Shown: piece after piece, positions 59,535-64,000 of the stretch | Numbering within the stretch: position 1 is the stretch's first letter | Layout: every line of letters starts with the position of its first letter | Notes under the pieces: generated by a model | Seen by the model: only the letters and a program-made list of their open reading frames with translations | The model's database searches: none | What the model was told of the DNA's origin: nothing | Program-made: the position numbers and the translations under genes | From: an uncultured Nitrososphaerota archaeon | GTDB taxonomy: Archaea; Thermoproteota; EX4484-205; JAAOZO01 | Direction of reading: 5' to 3' | Assembly (NCBI GenBank): GCA_964408285.1 | Contig: CAYOYV010000003.1 | Span: 29,848-93,847 of the forward strand | DNA: 64,000 bases

Positions 59535-60125
59535 ATGTCTTGGGATGCTGTCCAGAGGAAGCCAAGCGAAGAAAAGCGAGTTGAGCTTGAGTCCATCAGA
59601 GACATGATATCGGAGCTTTCGGAGGTAGGAACATACTATTCGGTGAGGGCCCCTTCTGCCCCTCTTGCTGAGTTTCTTTGCGCAAGGAAGGGACATCAGA
59701 CATCAATATTTGGGGAAGAGACATCCGTAATCAGGATTTTCGAGGTGGATAGAGTTCTGTCATCCAGATTCGGAATAGCGTTCGCGCTGAACTGGGAAAG
59801 GGGTTTACTATCCTCTAAGCCGTTTCTCGAGGCGGTGGACAACAACTATGAGCGCATTGTGAAGGATCTGAATATGGACGCCCAACTCATGGCAAGACTA
59901 CTTGAACTGAAGCCGAGCCTTCTTGAGACATCCTACATAGGGGATGGAGAACAAGGTCCGGGCGTGTATGGCGCTCCCGAGATCATGATCAGGAAGCCAA
60001 CCATGTGCATCGAAATGAGATTCCCTATCTCGAAATTAGGGAACACGAGGGAGACATTCCTCTCCGGATTAAGGGCTATCAAACGAATCGAGCACAAGAT
60101 CCTCTCCGACCGGGAGAATCACTGA
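59535..60125 (+). CDS. Hypothetical protein
   Basis: 196-aa ORF filling the gap, protein-like composition; no family recognised. Confidence 0.6.
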   Translation: MSWDAVQRKPSEEKRVELESIRDMISELSEVGTYYSVRAPSAPLAEFLCARKGHQTSIFGEETSVIRIFEVDRVLSSRFGIAFALNWERGLLSSKPFLEAVDNNYERIVKDLNMDAQLMARLLELKPSLLETSYIGDGEQGPGVYGAPEIMIRKPTMCIEMRFPISKLGNTRETFLSGLRAIKRIEHKILSDRENH

Positions 60126-60290
60126 ATGCGCCAGGGCTTGATATGCCCCGATTCCCGGTTCATGTGGGGAATCTCATCTAGCCTCATCTGACGGTCTGAT
60201 CTCCCGGGAAGCGACCTTCTTCGAATCGAAGGGCCAAATCCTTGGCGTTTCGTGATGGGATGCGCTTTTTGGTGACGCCTAAGAACACTT

Positions 60291-60582
60291 TGCATTATCC
60301 AGGAATCGGTCGAAAGAGTTCTCGTATTCGTCGGTCATCCGGATGACGAGATAATTGGTGCCGGAGGAACAATAAGCAAGCTTCACTCCGTCGCTTCTTG
60401 TTGAAATAACCGAATTCATGGAGAAGAAAAGCAAGGCCATGTCGCTCTATTCCTCTCAGGTTCGGGCTTTTCCACAGATCATGGACCATCTGAAAGCACT
60501 TGCAGAAGTGAGGGGAGTGGAAGCCGGGGCTAGATACGCTGAGGCGTTCCTCAGGGCGCCAGTCCTGCTCGAACTCAGATGA
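60291..60582 (+). pseudogene. PIG-L/LmbE-family N-acetyl-sugar deacetylase remnant with internal deletion and frameshift
   Basis: RVLVFVGHPDDEIIGAGGTISKL (60315-60383) is joined in another frame to PSLLVEITEFMEKK...YSSQ...RYAEAF (60388-60582). Confidence 0.8.
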
Positions 60583-60621
60583 TAGGATGAATCCTCTACC
60601 CAATGGTTCTTCTGTGATGAT

Positions 60622-61320
60622 TCACTGTAGGATGGACTCCAGGAGATCGAAGACAGCGGCAGCACCAGAACTTGCCGACACCGCCTCCGATGGGGCAGAA
60701 ACAACGATCACGATGTCTCCTTGCTCTGAGGTGTGTCCAAGAATCTCTTTTTCGTCCTTGGATGAGAAGTCGGCCAGCCATTCTCCAATGCCGATTATCT
60801 GAATCCTGCCCTTGTCCAAGAGGCATGTGGTAGCACCTGTGCCCCCATACCTGACCACCAGGTCCCGGAGCCTGATTGGATTCACTGCACTCACTTCAAT
60901 CCGCCTCAAGATGTAAAGGGCCTGTTTCCTGTCGAGGCCAAGATATTCAACGCTGATTGGGAAGGGGCCAAGCAATACGTTCATGATTGATGCAAGAATC
61001 TCATGCCCAAAGGGCCCGAGTCGGAAGCCGGTAGCTGATGCTATCGCCACGTGGTTCAATACGAGCCGACCCATCAAGCTTCTGATCGATCCGGTTCCAA
61101 GGCCAAGGCTCGATTTCATTTCGCTTCTGGGGGTGACTTCCTTTCTCCCTAGAAAGATCACACTCAGCAAAAGATGACCGTGATTGAAACCAACTGGCTT
61201 CTTCCTATCTTGCGCCATGATGGACCGCAATAATCGAAAGGCGTCCTTGTGCTCCATTGCTATTTGATACTGTCCAAAGTTACTAAAGGCTTTCGTCGTG
61301 CTCTCGTATCCATAGCACAT
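60622..61320 (-). CDS. DUF4443-like archaeal protein with N-terminal winged HTH
   Basis: R...SSLGLGTGSIRSLMGRL and LRDLVVRYGGTGATT patterns; start may be 61257. Confidence 0.7.
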   Translation of the reverse strand: MCYGYESTTKAFSNFGQYQIAMEHKDAFRLLRSIMAQDRKKPVGFNHGHLLLSVIFLGRKEVTPRSEMKSSLGLGTGSIRSLMGRLVLNHVAIASATGFRLGPFGHEILASIMNVLLGPFPISVEYLGLDRKQALYILRRIEVSAVNPIRLRDLVVRYGGTGATTCLLDKGRIQIIGIGEWLADFSSKDEKEILGHTSEQGDIVIVVSAPSEAVSASSGAAAVFDLLESILQ

Positions 61321-61368
61321 AGATTGATTTGTCCATACCTAGTCAGAGAGTAGCCATCAGTGGGGGGA

Positions 61369-62703
61369 TCAGGGATTCTCAAGCTCTGGCCATTTCGAGA
61401 CATCTTGGTAATACCAAGCCACTGATTCTCCATCACTTACCGTATATGCATCGGCTCCGACCTGTCCGGATTGCCATTCTTTCTGATCCGCGTTCCATCT
61501 CCACCAAAGCCAACCGTGGTTGCTTTTTGTGATCTTGCCGCCGACTCCTGCAATAGACTTGACGAATGAACCGTATTGAGATTGGACGTTTTCTACTTGG
61601 GTGCTCCCCAAGACTTCGATGGTTAGGTTAAGGAGGGTTGATCCATTTGGGACTCTAGTGCCATTGAACCATACCCTTGTGCCGTTCCCGAAATTCACCA
61701 GGAGATTGCTTCTGACAGTATATCTAGACAGAAGCAATTCCAATCTGGCGACTCTGCTGTTCACGTCGACTAACTGGGAATTGAGGTAGAGGGATAGGCT
61801 AGCTAGCAACACGCAACCTATCAGGGCAGCAACTGCAATGGTCGGCCATATTCCTCTGTCGCCCGTGAAGGATTGGCGCCGGGACTCGGTTCGCCTGCCC
61901 TCCTCCCCTCCAACGGAGGCAAGGGCATCAAGATGAAGAGGGATCTGCCTAGGCCTCAGCACAAGAGTCAGGACAAGCACGAATGAAGCTGATATCATGA
62001 CGAGCCAAGTGGCTAGTGGGAATGCTCCTGAATAGAACGAGATGTATATTGAGCTTACCCATAAGATGGATGCGATCACGACCCACGGTTCTCGAAGATA
62101 TGGCGCCAGCTCATGACTCAGACGAACTACTAGATCTGAAAGCTTAACTGGCAGTGCCTTGCCTGGTTCAGGCTTGGCATGAAGTGACAATAGGCTGATG
62201 ATGGGCGGTCCAGCTATTCCAAAGAAAACGACATTCGACAGCTGATGTACAAGGCCAACCGGGAGTGGGAAATTCATCGTTACGATTCCAGCCCAAAATG
62301 ACCCGTAGAACATGATTCCCGTCAGAGCATTCGTGTACAAGTCATATGCCAGCGTGAACAATCCTCCAAGGAATCCAAGAAACAGTGCCCTCGGGGGAAT
62401 TGGACTCGTCTTCGATGCCAGATATGCTGCCACGACGTAAAACAGCTCGCCAGTGATCACTATAGCAAGAGTTATCAGATTCGTGCCATAGGGATTGAGG
62501 GTTCCGTAGACAATCCAGGTCATGGCTCCCACAAGTGATCCCCAGATAGGGCCCATCAGATACGCCCCCACGAAAACCAGAAGATCCATTAATTTCACAT
62601 TAGGGATGTTGATCAAGAGATAGTTGGTTGACAGCGCAAGGGCGATCAGCAATGATGTGAGCGCGAGCCTGAGAGTCGGTCTGGCTCTTGGGCTTCTGAT
62701 CAT
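61369..62703 (-). CDS. ECF S-component (CbrT-like) fused to a C-terminal DUF4430 transcobalamin-like domain
   Basis: N-terminal IPNVKLMD..VFVG...GP..G S-component helices; C-terminal NFGNGT, YGSFVKSIAGV, WLWW, VGADAY.VSDGESVAW; own TATA CTTAAATA at 62729-62736. Confidence 0.75.
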   Translation of the reverse strand: MIRSPRARPTLRLALTSLLIALALSTNYLLINIPNVKLMDLLVFVGAYLMGPIWGSLVGAMTWIVYGTLNPYGTNLITLAIVITGELFYVVAAYLASKTSPIPPRALFLGFLGGLFTLAYDLYTNALTGIMFYGSFWAGIVTMNFPLPVGLVHQLSNVVFFGIAGPPIISLLSLHAKPEPGKALPVKLSDLVVRLSHELAPYLREPWVVIASILWVSSIYISFYSGAFPLATWLVMISASFVLVLTLVLRPRQIPLHLDALASVGGEEGRRTESRRQSFTGDRGIWPTIAVAALIGCVLLASLSLYLNSQLVDVNSRVARLELLLSRYTVRSNLLVNFGNGTRVWFNGTRVPNGSTLLNLTIEVLGSTQVENVQSQYGSFVKSIAGVGGKITKSNHGWLWWRWNADQKEWQSGQVGADAYTVSDGESVAWYYQDVSKWPELENP

Positions 62704-62741
62704 TGGAACGGGTCGAATTGACCCGCTCTATTTAAGTCTTA

Positions 62742-63803
62742 CTATTCCCTCTTTGTGGGTTCTGCCAAGGCTTGGAGCAGCTTCTCCTCATCATAAGTGA
62801 TGAAGTTCAACCTAGCTCCCATGCATGACCATCCATCAAGCTGTGAGGTCGAATAATAGGCAGTTGCCAATCGGCCGCTGTCGAGAAGAACTGTGCTGGG
62901 ATATCCACAGTCCGCATTCGGGCAATCGTCGCCGAATATCATCTCTTTCTGGGTAATCCATGTTCGTCCTGCATCTGTGCTGAGGAGAGCTCTTGCTCCG
63001 AAGGGATTGGCTCTTCTGCCGTAGGAGAGCAGGACTTCACCTCCTGAGAGAAGGGTCAGGCAAGCAGGATGTTCATATTCGTGAGTGATGTCCTGATGAA
63101 ATTGCCAAGTTCGGCCTTCGTTATGACTGAAGCTTGTTGAAAGATGACTGTCCTTTTCCGATCTCATTGCAGCCATCATCTCTCCATTTGGAAGCATTAG
63201 GATGGATGACTCGTTCTCGTTTTCAGCCAATGTGGCATAGTGCTGCCAAGTGACTCCACTGTTCTCCGAGCACAGAATATGAGTGCGGACGACTTCCACT
63301 TTTCCTTCCTCATGTCTGCAAGGACCATATATGGGCATGAGAAGGCTCCCGTTTTGCAGGGTCAGCATCTGGCCATAAGGTGAGTATCCACGGAAATCCC
63401 TGACGTTCAGTTCATATGGTTCTTCCCAAGTTCTCCCGCCATCATGAGATCTCGCAAGATATGTGTATAGCCTATTCATTGTCGGATCGCATCGCTCATC
63501 GCCAACGTAATTGCCGTTTACATGATAAGCAACCACCACAATCCCATCCTTTGTCACTCCAATTGAGGGATTCCTATCGTCCAGTGGAGAGTCAGCGACA
63601 ACGATTGGATCAGTCCAACACAAGCCATCATCGTGAGATATTATCGCCTCAAGCCTCCCGTTGATGCCCATGTGACCTGCCCCCGCTCGATACACAATGA
63701 GAATGTGTTCGCCCCCCATGGTACTGACAACAGGAAAATATCCGCAATCCCTGCCTAGGACCAGCTTTCTTGAAGAAGGCAACTCCTCAATCTTCACGGG
63801 CAT
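62742..63803 (-). CDS. Sialidase-like beta-propeller (BNR/Asp-box repeats)
   Basis: Five Asp-boxes: SHDDGLCW, SHDGGRTW, SENSGVTW, SHNEGRTW, STDAGRTW; YRAG, DDRNP, GYPS; no signal peptide. Confidence 0.85.
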   Translation of the reverse strand: MPVKIEELPSSRKLVLGRDCGYFPVVSTMGGEHILIVYRAGAGHMGINGRLEAIISHDDGLCWTDPIVVADSPLDDRNPSIGVTKDGIVVVAYHVNGNYVGDERCDPTMNRLYTYLARSHDGGRTWEEPYELNVRDFRGYSPYGQMLTLQNGSLLMPIYGPCRHEEGKVEVVRTHILCSENSGVTWQHYATLAENENESSILMLPNGEMMAAMRSEKDSHLSTSFSHNEGRTWQFHQDITHEYEHPACLTLLSGGEVLLSYGRRANPFGARALLSTDAGRTWITQKEMIFGDDCPNADCGYPSTVLLDSGRLATAYYSTSQLDGWSCMGARLNFITYDEEKLLQALAEPTKRE

Positions 63804-63870
63804 GATGCGTGCCTTACATCGGAAATCCATTTAAGGATTGAATGCCACCATGACTCCATTGTCTATGTAG

Positions 63871-63893
63871 CCATGAAGTGATATACTTCATGG
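63871..63893. promoter_or_regulatory. Perfect 9-bp inverted repeat CCATGAAGT-GATAT-ACTTCATGG upstream of the sialidase-like gene
   Basis: Read directly; followed by a GGAAC/GTTCC hairpin. Confidence 0.45.
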
Positions 63894-64000
63894 AACGCGC
63901 GTGTTCCTTCGACCCTATTGGGCTTATTTCGCGCTCTTGGGCGGATCGTCTGTCCGTTGCCGGATGATCTTGAATTCAGCTCCTCTGAGAAGGCCATAGG

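Noticed and set aside
60150-60235. Resemblance to a cobalamin riboswitch or 5S rRNA (GGTTC..GGGAAT..CCGGGAAG; about 120 nt)
   Set aside because: No B12 box (GCCACTG), no 5S loop consensus, and it is not upstream of the B12-related gene.
60250-60283. Fluoride-riboswitch-like words (GTGATGG...TGACGCCTA)
   Set aside because: The pseudoknot strands are not complementary and the spacing is too short.
60295-60826. Minus-strand ORFs 60295-60603, 60456-60704 and 60596-60826
   Set aside because: Shadows of the plus-strand PIG-L remnant and of the DUF4443 gene; no motifs.
300-63664. The many remaining 60-190 aa ORFs antisense to or nested in assigned genes
   Set aside because: No family motifs, and fully explained as shadow frames of well-supported CDSs.

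Overview
A gene-dense archaeal chromosomal window of about 56 CDS and one tRNA, with no CRISPR array, rRNA or recognisable mobile element. Archaeal origin is supported by a class I LysRS, a tRNA-Arg(TCG) with a bulge-helix-bulge intron, NreA with a PIP box, a PolB2 cassette, a PAC2 chaperone, pyruvoyl arginine decarboxylase, CofD, TATA boxes about 25 nt upstream of leaderless starts, and GGAGGTGA ribosome-binding sites. A TACK-type heterotroph (Bathyarchaeia/Brockarchaeia-like) is my inference, not established. Housekeeping genes include grpE-dnaK-dnaJ, lysS, valS, ttuA, surE and a nucleoside ABC operon. The strongest candidate new system is a dispersed but biochemically coherent kit for scavenging bacterial cell-wall peptides: a signal-less SH3b-NlpC/P60 YkfC-like endopeptidase, an L-Ala-D/L-Glu epimerase lying tail-to-tail with DAP decarboxylase, and a BadF-type amino-sugar kinase. 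GH172, sialidase-like and ceramidase-like hydrolases are also present. Other highlights: a stand-alone FbiB-C-like nitroreductase coupled to cofD, a catalytically eroded creatininase, an ECF S-component/DUF4430 fusion, an unannotated internally deleted PIG-L pseudogene, a split ABC exporter, an Asp-to-Ser change in the DnaK phosphate-2 motif, and single-TATA bidirectional promoters. All family calls come from motif recognition by eye; no database searches were run.
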